Notes: generated from the letters alone by a model not told the origin. DNA of 64,000 nt from Thermoplasmata archaeon (GCA_035502475.1 DATJUJ010000030.1:2343-66342), one strand, 5' to 3'. Positions 1-9,349 are shown, numbered from the stretch's first letter. Translations and numbers: made by a program.

Positions 1-1
1 G

Positions 2-391
2 TTCAACGGGAGCCGGTTCGACGTCCCGTTCCTGCGCGTCGCCTTCCCGCAGCTCGTCCCCCCGTCGGTCCACATCGATCTCCGGTTCCTGCTCTACCGG
101 ATCGGGCACGCGGGCGGCCTCAAACGCATCGAGGAGCGCCTCGGGGTCGGGGACCGGACCGGCGTCGAGGGCGTGAGCGGCCTCGACGCGGTGCGCCTCT
201 GGCAGGAGTACCGACGGGGCAGCCGCCCCGCGCTCGACCGGCTCGTGCGGTACAACCGCGCCGACACGGTCAACCTGGAGCCCCTCCTCGAGCTCGTGTA
301 CCGGGAGCTCGCCCGCCGCCTCCTTCCCGACCGCGCCCAAGTCCCGCCGCCGTTCGTAGCCGCGGCGGGGGCCTCCCTCGGCGGCGCGTAG
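2..391 (+). CDS. Partial (5'-truncated by the window edge) RNase H-like / predicted 3'-5' exonuclease domain protein.
   Basis: The frame is open from base 2, in frame with the track ORF 173..391. It translates as FNGSRFDVPFLRVAF...LWQEYRRG...YNRADTVNLEPLL, typical of YprB/RNaseH-like exonuclease domains. No start codon lies within the window. Confidence 0.4.
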   Translation, partial: FNGSRFDVPFLRVAFPQLVPPSVHIDLRFLLYRIGHAGGLKRIEERLGVGDRTGVEGVSGLDAVRLWQEYRRGSRPALDRLVRYNRADTVNLEPLLELVYRELARRLLPDRAQVPPPFVAAAGASLGGA

Positions 392-402
392 GATCCGCAT
401 CG

Positions 403-1452
403 ATGGGCGCCGAGCCCGCCGTCGCGGTCGTCATCGGCGCGTACCGTCGGACGGCGTTCGTCGAGGAGGCCGTCCGGTCGGTGCTCGCCCAGCGCCTGCC
501 GCGCGAGCGCTTCGAGCTCGTGGTCGTGAAGGGATTCGAGCACCCCGCGGTCGACCGGTTCCTGGCCGAAGCGGGCGTGCCCGCGATCCTCGACCCCGAA
601 CCGCGCATCGGCCGGTGGCTCCTGCGCGGCGTCTCGGCGACCCGGGCGCCGCTCGTCGCCTTCCTCGACGACGACGATGCGTTCGAGCCCGACCGGCTCG
701 AGCGGGTGCTCTCGGTCTTCGACCAGCACCCGCACGTCGGCTTCTACCGCAACCGGGTCCGTGTCGTCGACCGCGCGGGCGCTCCCGTGCCGCCCGAGCG
801 CTGGCGGACGATCGAGCTCGATGCGGCCCTCGATGCGAGCGGCCCGACCGTCCTGCGGGGGGCGACGCCGGAGGCGATCGTGGAGTTCGCCCTCCGCCGG
901 ACGCGCGCCTCCTTCAACTCGAGCACGATGGTCGTGCGCCGACGCCTGCTCGAGGGGGAGGGCGCGGAGCTCTTCGGCGGGCTCCAGCTTCCCGACCTCA
1001 CGCTCCTCGTGCTCGCCGCGGTCGCGGGCGACGACCTGTTCCTCGACGACCGACGCCTCACGCGCTACCGGGTCTCGGGCGAGAACGTGACGGGCGAGAT
1101 CCCGTGGCTCGCCCAGGCTGCGGAGGCGCACGCGCGCCTCGGCGAGTTCGCGCAGGAGCGCGGGCGGCCGGCCCTCGCGCACTGGCTCTACGGCATGGCG
1201 GAGCACTACGACCGGATGTACCGGGGCGGCCGGGTGGTCGGCTCCGTCGCGGACGGATCGTCCCGCCGAACCGTCGCGCACCGGACGGCGGAGTACCTCC
1301 GCTTCCTGGGGACCCACCCCGCGGAACGGGCCCCCTCGCTCGACGTCTGGGCGTCCGCGCTCTACGGACTCGGCGCGGTCCTCTCCCCCGGGGCGACCCG
1401 GCGCGTGCTCGCGGCGCGGCCGACCGCGCGCGGCCATCGACCGCTCGCCTAG
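403..1452 (+). CDS. Family 2 glycosyltransferase (GT-A fold).
   Basis: The N-terminus reads AVVIGAYRRTAFVEEAVRSVLAQ, and the protein carries a DxD-type segment FLDDDDAFEPDRLE. It is 349 aa. Confidence 0.7.
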   Translation: MGAEPAVAVVIGAYRRTAFVEEAVRSVLAQRLPRERFELVVVKGFEHPAVDRFLAEAGVPAILDPEPRIGRWLLRGVSATRAPLVAFLDDDDAFEPDRLERVLSVFDQHPHVGFYRNRVRVVDRAGAPVPPERWRTIELDAALDASGPTVLRGATPEAIVEFALRRTRASFNSSTMVVRRRLLEGEGAELFGGLQLPDLTLLVLAAVAGDDLFLDDRRLTRYRVSGENVTGEIPWLAQAAEAHARLGEFAQERGRPALAHWLYGMAEHYDRMYRGGRVVGSVADGSSRRTVAHRTAEYLRFLGTHPAERAPSLDVWASALYGLGAVLSPGATRRVLAARPTARGHRPLA

Positions 1453-2339
1453 CGCGCCCCTCGGACGGTCGCCCCCGGCAGAGCGAACGACCGCGGGGGC
1501 GGCGGGATCGGGACCTCGGCCGGCGGGCGCGCGTCGCGGACGCGCGCCGCGGCCTGGCGGCAGTACTCCCGAGACGAGTCGATGTGCAGGTAGTGCCGAC
1601 CGAGCCGCCGCGCGACCGCCGCCACGGTGCCCGTGCCCCCGAACATGTCGAGGACGACGTTGCGACGGTAGCTGTAGAACTTCACCAGCCGCTCGATGAG
1701 CTCCTCGGGGAACGGGGCCGGGTGCCCGTGGCGGCGGCGCTCCGGCGGAATGTGCCAGAAGCCGTCGGAGAACTTCTCGAACTCGGCGGCTGAGATGTCG
1801 ACGTCGGAGCGATCGCCGGGGAGCCTCCACTGCCCCTTCGAGAAGACGAGCACGTACTCCCAGGACGGCACGATGTGCGGGTTCGACGGGCTCCGCCAGC
1901 TGCCCCACGCCGTGCGGCGTCCCATCGTCTGCTTGTACCAGATGATCTCGGTCCGCATGATGTAACCGAGTGCGCGGAGATCGCGGGAGAGGTCGTGGTG
2001 GATCGGACGGAAGTCCTTGATCGACGTCGGCGCGACGTTGAGGACGAACCGCCCGCCCGGGACGAGCACGCGGTAGAGGGCGCGCCAGACCGTCTCGAGC
2101 CACGCGAGGTAGGCGTCGGGCGCGAGCGCGTCGGCGTAGCCCCGGTACGGGATGCCGAGGTTGTACGGCGGGCTCGTGACGGCGAGGTGCACGGAGTCGG
2201 CCGGGAGCCGCTCGAGGATCGCGCGCGCGTCGCCGAGGACGATCCGGTCGCGCCAGAGCGCGGCGCCCCGCCGCGCGGGGGGCTCCCCCGAGGCGACCGG
2301 GCGGCGGGGCCGGGCAGGTAAGCGCTCGCTCAACTCCAC
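1449..2339 (-). CDS. Beta-class DNA methyltransferase (N6-adenine or N4-cytosine) with no restriction partner in the window.
   Basis: Motif IV SPPY (HLAVTSPPYNL) precedes the AdoMet motif DMFGGTGTVAAVA, the order that defines beta-class (N6_N4_Mtase) enzymes. The protein is 296 aa. Confidence 0.8.
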   Translation of the reverse strand: MELSERLPARPRRPVASGEPPARRGAALWRDRIVLGDARAILERLPADSVHLAVTSPPYNLGIPYRGYADALAPDAYLAWLETVWRALYRVLVPGGRFVLNVAPTSIKDFRPIHHDLSRDLRALGYIMRTEIIWYKQTMGRRTAWGSWRSPSNPHIVPSWEYVLVFSKGQWRLPGDRSDVDISAAEFEKFSDGFWHIPPERRRHGHPAPFPEELIERLVKFYSYRRNVVLDMFGGTGTVAAVARRLGRHYLHIDSSREYCRQAAARVRDARPPAEVPIPPPPRSFALPGATVRGAR

Positions 2340-2373
2340 TCCACCTGGTCCGGAAGGGGGCGAGCCAGCAAGG

Positions 2374-2380
2374 GTATAAT
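2374..2380 (+). promoter_or_regulatory. TATA-box-like element (GTATAAT) in the 68-bp divergent region between the methyltransferase and pntAA.
   Basis: The sequence agggtataatcccc sits about 30 nt upstream of the pntAA ATG at 2408. That is the archaeal TATA-to-start spacing expected for a near-leaderless mRNA. Confidence 0.4.
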
Positions 2381-2407
2381 CCCCTCGGGTTCGACCGAGC
2401 CGGTTCC

Positions 2408-3547
2408 ATGCCGGTCCGCGTCGCGGTCCCGAAGGAGGTGGCGGCCGGCGAGACCCGGGTCGCCTCGATCCCCGAGGTCGTCCAGCGCCTCACGAAGCGC
2501 GGGCTCGCGGTCGCCGTCGAGGCCGGGGCCGGCACGCTCTCCCGGTACCCCGACGAGGGGTACGCCGCGGCCGGCGCGACGATCGCGGCCGACGCGCGGG
2601 CGCTCTGGGACGGCGCGGCCGTCGTGCTGAAGGTGCAGCCGCCGACCGTGGCGGAGATCGGTCGGATGGCTCCCGGGACGATCCTGGTCGCCACGATGAA
2701 CGCGAGCCGGAACCTGGACCGGGTCGCGGCGCTGCGCGATGCCCAGGTCACGACGTTCGCCCTCGAGCTCCTCCCCCGCATCACCCGCGCCCAGGGGATG
2801 GACGTCCTCTCCTCCCAGGCGACCGTCGCCGGGTATCGGGCGACGCTCCTCGGGGCCGAGTACTGCCCCAAGTTCCTCCCGATGCTCACCACCGCCGCCG
2901 GGACGATCCGCCCCGCCAGCGTCCTGGTCCTGGGCGCCGGGGTCGCCGGGCTCATGGCGATCGCGACCGCGAAGCGGCTCGGGGCGCTCGTGACCGCGTA
3001 CGACGTCCGACGGGCCGCCGGGGAGCAGGTCCGCAGCCTCGGCGCGAAGTTCCTCGAGCTCTCGATCAACGCGGAGGGCAGCGGAGGCTACGCCCGCGAG
3101 CTCACCGACGCGGAGAAGCAGCAGGAGCAAGAGATGCTCGCGAAGGCGATCGGGGAGGCGGACATCGTGATCACGACCGCCAACATCCCCGGACGCCGCG
3201 CCCCCCTCCTGGTCCGTAAGGAGAACGTCGCCCGGATGCGGCCGGGGGCCGTCCTCGTCGACCTTGCGGCCGAGAGCGGCGGGAACTGCGAGCTCACGAA
3301 GCCGAACGAGACGGTCGAGACCGGCGGCGTGACGATCCTGGGCCCGACGAACCTCCCCGCGCAACTGCCGTTCCACGCGAGCGCGATGTACGCCCGCAAC
3401 GTCCAGGCGTTCCTCGAGCTCCTGCTCGACCAGGACGGGGCGCTCGTGACCCAGTTCTCGGACGAGATCCTGGCCGCGAGTCTCCTCACGACGAACGGGA
3501 CGGTCCCGCACAAGCCGACCGCCGACCTGCTCGCCGGAGGCAAGTAG
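2408..3547 (+). CDS. pntAA: NAD(P) transhydrogenase subunit alpha part 1 (alanine dehydrogenase/PNT domain).
   Basis: Rossmann motif VLVLGAGVAGLMAIATAKRLGA in a 379-aa protein. It is followed by the pntAB and pntB genes. Confidence 0.9.
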   Translation: MPVRVAVPKEVAAGETRVASIPEVVQRLTKRGLAVAVEAGAGTLSRYPDEGYAAAGATIAADARALWDGAAVVLKVQPPTVAEIGRMAPGTILVATMNASRNLDRVAALRDAQVTTFALELLPRITRAQGMDVLSSQATVAGYRATLLGAEYCPKFLPMLTTAAGTIRPASVLVLGAGVAGLMAIATAKRLGALVTAYDVRRAAGEQVRSLGAKFLELSINAEGSGGYARELTDAEKQQEQEMLAKAIGEADIVITTANIPGRRAPLLVRKENVARMRPGAVLVDLAAESGGNCELTKPNETVETGGVTILGPTNLPAQLPFHASAMYARNVQAFLELLLDQDGALVTQFSDEILAASLLTTNGTVPHKPTADLLAGGK

Positions 3548-3551
3548 GCGC

Positions 3552-3854
3552 ATGGCGGCGGACCTCTGGACGGCGCTGTTCATCGCGATCCTCGCCGCGT
3601 TCACCGGCTACGAGGTGATCGGCCGCGTGCCGGTCCTCCTCCACACGCCGCTCATGAGCGGCTCCAACTTCATCCACGGGATCGTCCTCGTCGGCGCGAT
3701 CGTCGCCCTCGGGATCGCGACGACCCCGCTCGAGCAGGCGATCGGCCTCGTCGCGGTCATCATGGGCGCGATGAACGTCACGGGCGGCTACGTCGTCACC
3801 GAGCGGATCCTCGCGATGTTCGACCGCTCGAAGAAGAAGGGAGGCCCCTCGTGA
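3552..3854 (+). CDS. pntAB: NAD(P) transhydrogenase subunit alpha part 2 (membrane).
   Basis: A 100-aa hydrophobic protein (LWTALFIAILAAFTGYEVIGRVP...) positioned between pntAA and pntB. Confidence 0.85.
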   Translation: MAADLWTALFIAILAAFTGYEVIGRVPVLLHTPLMSGSNFIHGIVLVGAIVALGIATTPLEQAIGLVAVIMGAMNVTGGYVVTERILAMFDRSKKKGGPS

Positions 3855-5242
3855 TCCCGTACGCGAGCGACCTCGTCGACGGGGTCTACGTCGTCGCGAT
3901 CCTCGTCTTCATCCTGGGCCTGAAGGCGATGAGCTCGCCCGAGACGGCGCGTCGCGGGATCCTCTACGCGGGGGTCGCGATGCTGCTCGCGATCGCCGTC
4001 ACGTTCCTCTCGCCCGGGCTCTCGAACTTCCTCCTCATCGCGGTCGGCGTCTTCGTCGGCGGCGGTATCGGGTTCTACTGGGCGCGGGTCGTGAAGATGA
4101 CCGCGATGCCCCAGATGGTCGCGGTGTTCAATGGGATGGGGGGCGGGGCCGCGGCGGCGATCGCCGCGGTGGAGCTGCTGGGATCGATCTCGGACCACAC
4201 CGTGGCCGCGCTCAGCCTCGCGGGCTCCGTCATCGGCGCGATCTCGATCGCGGGGAGCGTGATCGCGTTCCTCAAGCTCCAGGGCTGGATGCCGCAGAAG
4301 GCGATCGCTTACCCCGGCCGCCAGCCGATCAGCCTCACGGTGCTCGCGGTCGGCGTCGCGTTCGGCGTCTACGCGGTCGTCGTGGGCGCGACCGTCTGGC
4401 TGCTGCCGTTCTTCGTCCTCCTGCTGCTCTACGGCATCCTCCTCACGATCCCGATCGGCGGCGCGGACATGCCGGTCGTCATCAGTCTCTTCAACGCCCT
4501 CACGGGGATCGCGGTCGCGCTCGACGGCTTCGCCCTCGTGAACGGCCCGCTCGGCGACGCCGGCTACGCGATGGTGATCGCCGGGACGCTCGTCGGGGCC
4601 GCGGGTTCGCTGCTCACGATCCTCATGTCGCGCGCGATGAACCGCTCGATCCCGAGCGTCCTGTTCGGGGCGTTCGGCGCGACGGAGGAGGCCGACACCG
4701 TCCAGGGGACGATGAAGCCGATCGACGTCCCCGACGCCGCCGTGCTGATGGAGTACGCGGGGCAGGTGATCATCGCCCCGGGCTACGGCATGGCGGTCGC
4801 CCAGGCCCAGGGGAAGGTGAAGGAGCTCGCGGACCTCCTCGAGGCGAAGGGGGTCACCGTGAAGTTCGCGATCCACCCGGTCGCGGGCCGCATGCCCGGG
4901 CATATGAACGTGCTGCTCGCGGAGGCGGGGATCAGTTACGACAAGCTGTTCGACCGGGACGAGATCAACCCGGAGTTCCCGACCACGGACGTCGTCCTCG
5001 TGATCGGGGCCAACGACGTCGTCAACCCGGCCGCCCACCGGCAGGGGAGCCCGCTCTACGGGATGCCGATCCTCGACGTCGAGAAGGCCAAGAACGTCAT
5101 CGTGGTGAAGCGCGGGCAGGGCAAGGGTTTCGCGGGCATCGAGAACGACCTGTTCTACCGCGACAACTGCCGCATGCTCTACGGGGACGCCCAGCAGGTC
5201 GTCGGCCGGCTGGTCTCCGAGATCAAGAAGAGCTCGGCGTGA
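3851..5242 (+). CDS. pntB: NAD(P) transhydrogenase subunit beta.
   Basis: The GTG start overlaps the pntAB stop (GTGA). The protein has an N-terminal multi-TM region, a C-terminal NADP(H)-binding domain (GYGMAVAQAQ, VIGANDVVNPAA), and is 463 aa. Confidence 0.9.
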   Translation: MIPYASDLVDGVYVVAILVFILGLKAMSSPETARRGILYAGVAMLLAIAVTFLSPGLSNFLLIAVGVFVGGGIGFYWARVVKMTAMPQMVAVFNGMGGGAAAAIAAVELLGSISDHTVAALSLAGSVIGAISIAGSVIAFLKLQGWMPQKAIAYPGRQPISLTVLAVGVAFGVYAVVVGATVWLLPFFVLLLLYGILLTIPIGGADMPVVISLFNALTGIAVALDGFALVNGPLGDAGYAMVIAGTLVGAAGSLLTILMSRAMNRSIPSVLFGAFGATEEADTVQGTMKPIDVPDAAVLMEYAGQVIIAPGYGMAVAQAQGKVKELADLLEAKGVTVKFAIHPVAGRMPGHMNVLLAEAGISYDKLFDRDEINPEFPTTDVVLVIGANDVVNPAAHRQGSPLYGMPILDVEKAKNVIVVKRGQGKGFAGIENDLFYRDNCRMLYGDAQQVVGRLVSEIKKSSA

Positions 5243-6491
5243 GCTCCGCCGCCGGCGCGGCGAGCTCCCCGCGCCAGAGGTCCACGAACAGCCCCAGGAG
5301 GAGGGCGGTGAGGAGGACCCCGAGGAGCTCGTACGGCCACCAGAGGCCGAGGTCCTTCGCCCAGTACGGCCAGGCGAGGTCGTAGTTCAGCGTCCCGACG
5401 ATCCCGATCGCCCAGAGCCACCAGCGCGGCCGCACGCCGAGGAGGGCGACCGGCAGCAGCGAGACCAGGATGTTGAAGGAGAGGAACTGCGTCACGAGGG
5501 CGACGCCGGTGATCGCGATCGCGGCGCCCCCGAGCACCGTCCGGCCCTTCCACCAGACCGCGGCGACGACCGCGACGGTGAGCCCCGCCTGCACTGCGGC
5601 GACCCCGTCGCCGCCGGGCAGCCAGTTCTGCTGGGTCAGGAGGCCGTAGAGGTTGAGCGAGAACGACCGGCGGGTCACCTGCGAGAAGAACACGGGATCG
5701 AGGAATCCGTTCCCCCACGCCGCGTAGGACGCCAGCGTGATCGCACCGAAGACGACGACGACAAGCGCCCCCGAGAGCCACCGACGGCGGAAGCCGGCGG
5801 CGGCCCCGAGGAGGGGAAAGACCGCCGGGAACCGGGCCGTCGCCAGGAACCCGCCCACGGCGCCGGCGATCGGCTCCGACCGGCGCGCGAGCGCGATCGC
5901 GAGCAGGACGGCCGCGGGGACGAGCGCGTTGGTGGCCCCATCGATCTGCGCCGAGATGAGCGGGAGGTACAGGACCGACGTGAGGACCACCAGCGTCACG
6001 TAGCGCCGGTCCGGCCCGGCGACCGTCCAGGTGAGCGGGACGATCGAGAGCGCGACGAGCCCCCAGACGAACGCGATGCCGACGGTGCCGCCGAGGCTCC
6101 CGATCGCGTCGAGCACCACCGCCGCGATGCCGTACGGCACCTGGATCGAACTGCCGCAGCTCGAGACCGTGAACGGATCCCCGCCCGCCCACGCCGCGCG
6201 GCCGCTCGCGACCAGGGCCGCGATGTCGCTCGGCCCGTTGCCGGAGCAGGCGAACAGCCCGAACGCGACGTCAAAGGCGATCACCGCCGCGTAGACGGCT
6301 CCGGCGACGACGAGGGGGAGCTTCCAGTCGAGCCAGTCGAGCGAGCCGTGCGAGGAGGCGCGCCGCGCCCAGCGGTCGAGCCGGCGCGCGAGCCCCGCCC
6401 CGTTCGGGGTCCGGAGCAGCAGCAGGACGAGCCCGCCCGCGCCCAGGATCAGGACGAAGGCGAGGGTCACGATATCGAGCGACGTCACCAT
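5223..6491 (-). CDS. Polytopic integral membrane protein, possibly a GT-C/DUF2029-like glycosyltransferase.
   Basis: The 422-aa protein has more than 10 predicted hydrophobic helices (for example LGVLLTALLLGLFVDLW). No soluble catalytic motif was recognised. Confidence 0.45.
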   Translation of the reverse strand: MVTSLDIVTLAFVLILGAGGLVLLLLRTPNGAGLARRLDRWARRASSHGSLDWLDWKLPLVVAGAVYAAVIAFDVAFGLFACSGNGPSDIAALVASGRAAWAGGDPFTVSSCGSSIQVPYGIAAVVLDAIGSLGGTVGIAFVWGLVALSIVPLTWTVAGPDRRYVTLVVLTSVLYLPLISAQIDGATNALVPAAVLLAIALARRSEPIAGAVGGFLATARFPAVFPLLGAAAGFRRRWLSGALVVVVFGAITLASYAAWGNGFLDPVFFSQVTRRSFSLNLYGLLTQQNWLPGGDGVAAVQAGLTVAVVAAVWWKGRTVLGGAAIAITGVALVTQFLSFNILVSLLPVALLGVRPRWWLWAIGIVGTLNYDLAWPYWAKDLGLWWPYELLGVLLTALLLGLFVDLWRGELAAPAAELTPSSS

Positions 6492-6626
6492 GGAGGGTAC
6501 CGCCCGGCGCCCGGTCGCGGCTCGGAGCCGGGCCCGCTATTTAGGCGGTGGCTCGCGCGCCGGCCGTGCCCGGAGGGCGGGGGGCGTTGGATTAAGCGCG
6601 CGGAGCGCTCCCGCGGAGGGCAGGCG

Positions 6627-7109
6627 ATGGCGAGCTGGGACGACTTCTTCACCGCCCAGCTCGGGGCGTCGGCGGCCCTCGCCGGTCTCCTGTTCGTCGG
6701 GCTCTCGCTCAACCTCGCGAAGATCCTCAGCTTCCCGGCCCTGCCGTACCGAGCCGCGAAGGCCCTCACCCTCCTCGTGCTGATCCTCGTCGTCGCCACC
6801 ATCTTCCTGGTTCCGAATCAGGCCGGACCGGCCCTCGGCGTCGAGCTGCTGGTCGCGGTGGTCGGCGGGGGCGCCCTCGTCCTGGGCCTCGGCGTCCAGG
6901 TCGCCCGGCGCACCCCCGAGCCGTACCGCCTGGGCGCGCGGGTGGAGCTCGCCGAAGCCGGGACCGTGGTGGCGCTCTACGTCGTCGCGGGGGTCCTCAC
7001 GCTCGCGAGCTCTCCCTACGCGGTCTACCCCGTGGTGCCCGCGATCGTGATCTCGTTCCTCCTCGCGATCCTGGACGCGTGGGTGCTCCTGGTCGAGATC
7101 AACCGATAG
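6627..7109 (+). CDS. Small integral membrane protein of unknown function.
   Basis: An internal ATG at 6627 is preceded by GGAGGG. The upstream part of the track ORF 6348..7109 is Arg/Pro-rich and looks like noise. The 160-aa product has 4-5 TM helices. Confidence 0.5.
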   Translation: MASWDDFFTAQLGASAALAGLLFVGLSLNLAKILSFPALPYRAAKALTLLVLILVVATIFLVPNQAGPALGVELLVAVVGGGALVLGLGVQVARRTPEPYRLGARVELAEAGTVVALYVVAGVLTLASSPYAVYPVVPAIVISFLLAILDAWVLLVEINR

Positions 7110-7162
7110 CCCCCTGCGTCGGACCCGCGCACCTCTTGAGCCCGGTCCCTGTCCCCGGGGCC

Positions 7163-7627
7163 ATGGTCCGTCTCGTCCCGATGGAATCGTCGGACTTCGG
7201 CCCGTTCCTCGAGGCGCTCGTGCACGGCTACGCGGAGGACCACGTCCGCGACGGGCAGTGGAGTCCCGAGGAATCGCTCGCGCGATCGCGCGCCGAGACC
7301 GGCCAGCTGCTGCCCCAGGGCCTCCAGACCCCGGGCCACCTGTTCTTCTCGATCGTCGCCGGGGCGCCCGAGGAGAAGGTCGGCGTGCTCTGGCTGGCGA
7401 TCCAGCCCCGCGGTGGGTTCGTCTACGACCTCGAGATCTTCGAGCCGTTCCGGCGACGCGGCTACGCCGAGGAGGCGATGCGGCGGGCCGAGCGCGAGCT
7501 CCTCGACCGGAACGTGCACCGGATCGCCCTGCACGTCTTCGGGCCCAACCAGGGCGCGCGCCGGCTCTACGCGAAGCTCGGCTACGAGGAGACGAACGTG
7601 CTGATGGCGAAGCGCCTCGACGGGTGA
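7163..7627 (+). CDS. GNAT family N-acetyltransferase.
   Basis: Acetyl-CoA motif RRRGYAEEAMRRAE...ARRLYAKLGY. The ATG at 7163 was chosen because the upstream extension is Pro-rich and non-protein-like. Confidence 0.7.
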   Translation: MVRLVPMESSDFGPFLEALVHGYAEDHVRDGQWSPEESLARSRAETGQLLPQGLQTPGHLFFSIVAGAPEEKVGVLWLAIQPRGGFVYDLEIFEPFRRRGYAEEAMRRAERELLDRNVHRIALHVFGPNQGARRLYAKLGYEETNVLMAKRLDG

Positions 7628-7649
7628 GCCCGTCGCGCAGCGCGGCCGA

Positions 7650-7722
7650 TGGGCGCGGCCAGATTCGAACTGGCGACCTTCACCGTGTCAGGGTGACGTC
7701 ATAACCACTAGACTACGCGCCC
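7650..7722 (-). tRNA. tRNA-Val with anticodon GAC.
   Basis: The minus-strand sequence folds into a cloverleaf: 7-bp acceptor GGGCGCG/CGCGCCC, D-loop AGTGGTTA, anticodon stem TCACC/GGTGA with loop CTGACAC, and T-arm GCCAG-TTCGAAT-CTGGC. No CCA is encoded. A TATA-like CATAAGA lies about 30 nt upstream. Confidence 0.85.
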
Positions 7723-7768
7723 AGTCGGGCGGCCACCGACGGGCGCCTCTTATGGCTGTCGGCGGCGG

Positions 7769-9310
7769 CTAGCCGTACCCGCCGGGGTACTGGTTCGTGT
7801 CCGGCGGGGCGTTCCAGTTGTAGTAGCCCGACGACTGGCGCTGCGCCTCGGTCGACTCCTGGCGGAGACCGCCCTGGAACGAGCCGTACACCTCGCGGAT
7901 CTGCTCCTCGATCGACCGGGCCCGCAGGAGCGCCTGGCGCATGTGGACCGCGTCGAGCGTCGGGCTCCCCGAGACCGCCGCGAGGTCGCCCGCGGTCCGG
8001 ATGAGCCCGCCGAGCTCGCGGAGCCGCAGCGTGAGCGCGTTGCGGCGCCCGTCGAGCGCCTCCGCCCGGCGGCGGGATTCCTTGATGAGCTCGACGACCG
8101 CCTCGCGGGTCGCCGGTCGGATACGGCCGTCGCTCGCGATCTCCTGGGCGCAGAACTGCGCGAGGCGGATCCGGTTCGGCTCGCTGTCCGGCATCGACGT
8201 CTCGAGGAGCACCTCGTAGCCGCCGCCCGCGATCCGCGAGCGGAGCGGCGAGAGGATGCGGTGGATGTCCTGGATGTTGGCGGCCGCGACGAGGATGAAG
8301 TCGCACGGCACGCCGTCCACGCGCACGGCCGCGCCGCCCGACTGCGGGTTGCGGCCGGTGATCGGGAACCGCTTCTCCTGCATCGCGGTGAGGATGTGGC
8401 GTTGCAGGAAGCCGAGGTGGGGCAGTTCGTCGATGAACAGCACGCCCTCGTGCGACTCGTGGATCGTGCCGGCGATCACGCGCTCGTACGGCAGCGTCCC
8501 CAGTTGCGGGTGGCCCCCGTACGGGTCGTGGCGCACGTCCCCCAAGAGCTCGGTCTCGCTCGCGCCCGTCGCCATCACGAACGTGTTCCGGTCGAGCTTC
8601 ACGAGCACCTTGCGCGGGCTCTCGTGCTGGAGCGTGCGGCGCCGCTCGAGCGCCCGCTGGTCGAGCACCTTGATCCGGTCGCCGGAGCGCTCGTACGCCA
8701 CGACCTCCTCGACGCCGTTCCGCAGGCGGGTCGTGCGGACCGACTCCTGGGGATTGCCGCCCGGGCTCACGGTGAGCTCGAGGATCCCGCCCACCAGGTC
8801 GCGGAACGGATTCCCGCTGCCCGCGACCCCGGGCACGACCTGCTTCACGTTCCCGCAGCTCGGGCAGAACCGCTCGGTGGGCAGGGAATAGAAGCTGCAG
8901 CGCGGGCAGCGGTAGCCCAGCCGTTCGGCGACCGACGCGGGCGCCTCGGACGGCAGGATCATCTCGCCCTCGACGGAGCGCGCGGCCTCGCGCTCCCGGT
9001 AGACCTCCTCGCGCGGCACGACCTCGATGCTGGGCCGCTCCGGGTTCTCGGGGTTGTGGACGACCCGCAGCTCGGTCCGGGGCCGGTCGAGGTGCAGCGC
9101 GAGCGCCTGCGCGGTCATCGACTTCCCGATGCCCGGCGGGCCGACCAGGAGCAGATGACGCCGCTGGTACGCCGCGATGCGGGCGATCTCGACGGCCTTC
9201 TCCTGGCCGATCACGCGGTCCAGCGGATCGGTCGGGATCGGCACGTCGTCCGTCGTCTCGATCTCGTCGACCGAGGCGGGCAGGCGGCGGGCGGCTTCGC
9301 TCGCGGTCAC
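7769..9310 (-). CDS. Lon-related AAA+ ATPase with a LonB-type N-domain and no S16 protease domain.
   Basis: Walker A LLLVGPPGIGKSM, Walker B VLFIDELPHL. A four-cysteine Zn-ribbon (CPRCSFYSLPTERFCPSCG) is inserted between them, where LonB carries TM helices. The protein ends in a Y/G/N/Q-rich tail (SGYYNWNAPPDTNQYPGGYG). It is 513 aa. Confidence 0.75.
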   Translation of the reverse strand: MTASEAARRLPASVDEIETTDDVPIPTDPLDRVIGQEKAVEIARIAAYQRRHLLLVGPPGIGKSMTAQALALHLDRPRTELRVVHNPENPERPSIEVVPREEVYREREAARSVEGEMILPSEAPASVAERLGYRCPRCSFYSLPTERFCPSCGNVKQVVPGVAGSGNPFRDLVGGILELTVSPGGNPQESVRTTRLRNGVEEVVAYERSGDRIKVLDQRALERRRTLQHESPRKVLVKLDRNTFVMATGASETELLGDVRHDPYGGHPQLGTLPYERVIAGTIHESHEGVLFIDELPHLGFLQRHILTAMQEKRFPITGRNPQSGGAAVRVDGVPCDFILVAAANIQDIHRILSPLRSRIAGGGYEVLLETSMPDSEPNRIRLAQFCAQEIASDGRIRPATREAVVELIKESRRRAEALDGRRNALTLRLRELGGLIRTAGDLAAVSGSPTLDAVHMRQALLRARSIEEQIREVYGSFQGGLRQESTEAQRQSSGYYNWNAPPDTNQYPGGYG

Positions 9311-9349
9311 GGCTCGCTACCGAAAAGGGTCGGTCTCGGTAAAAGGTTG

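Noticed and set aside
94-3069. A 991-aa minus-strand ORF spanning the first 3 kb.
   Set aside because: It is Arg/Ala/Pro/Gly-rich low-complexity and antisense to four well-supported genes (the exonuclease fragment, GT2, the methyltransferase on its own strand, and pntAA). This is a typical stop-codon-poor shadow frame of GC-rich DNA.
3788-5038. A 416-aa minus-strand ORF antisense to pntB.
   Set aside because: It is Asp/Arg/Glu/His-rich noise with no domain signal and is fully antisense to the transhydrogenase beta gene.
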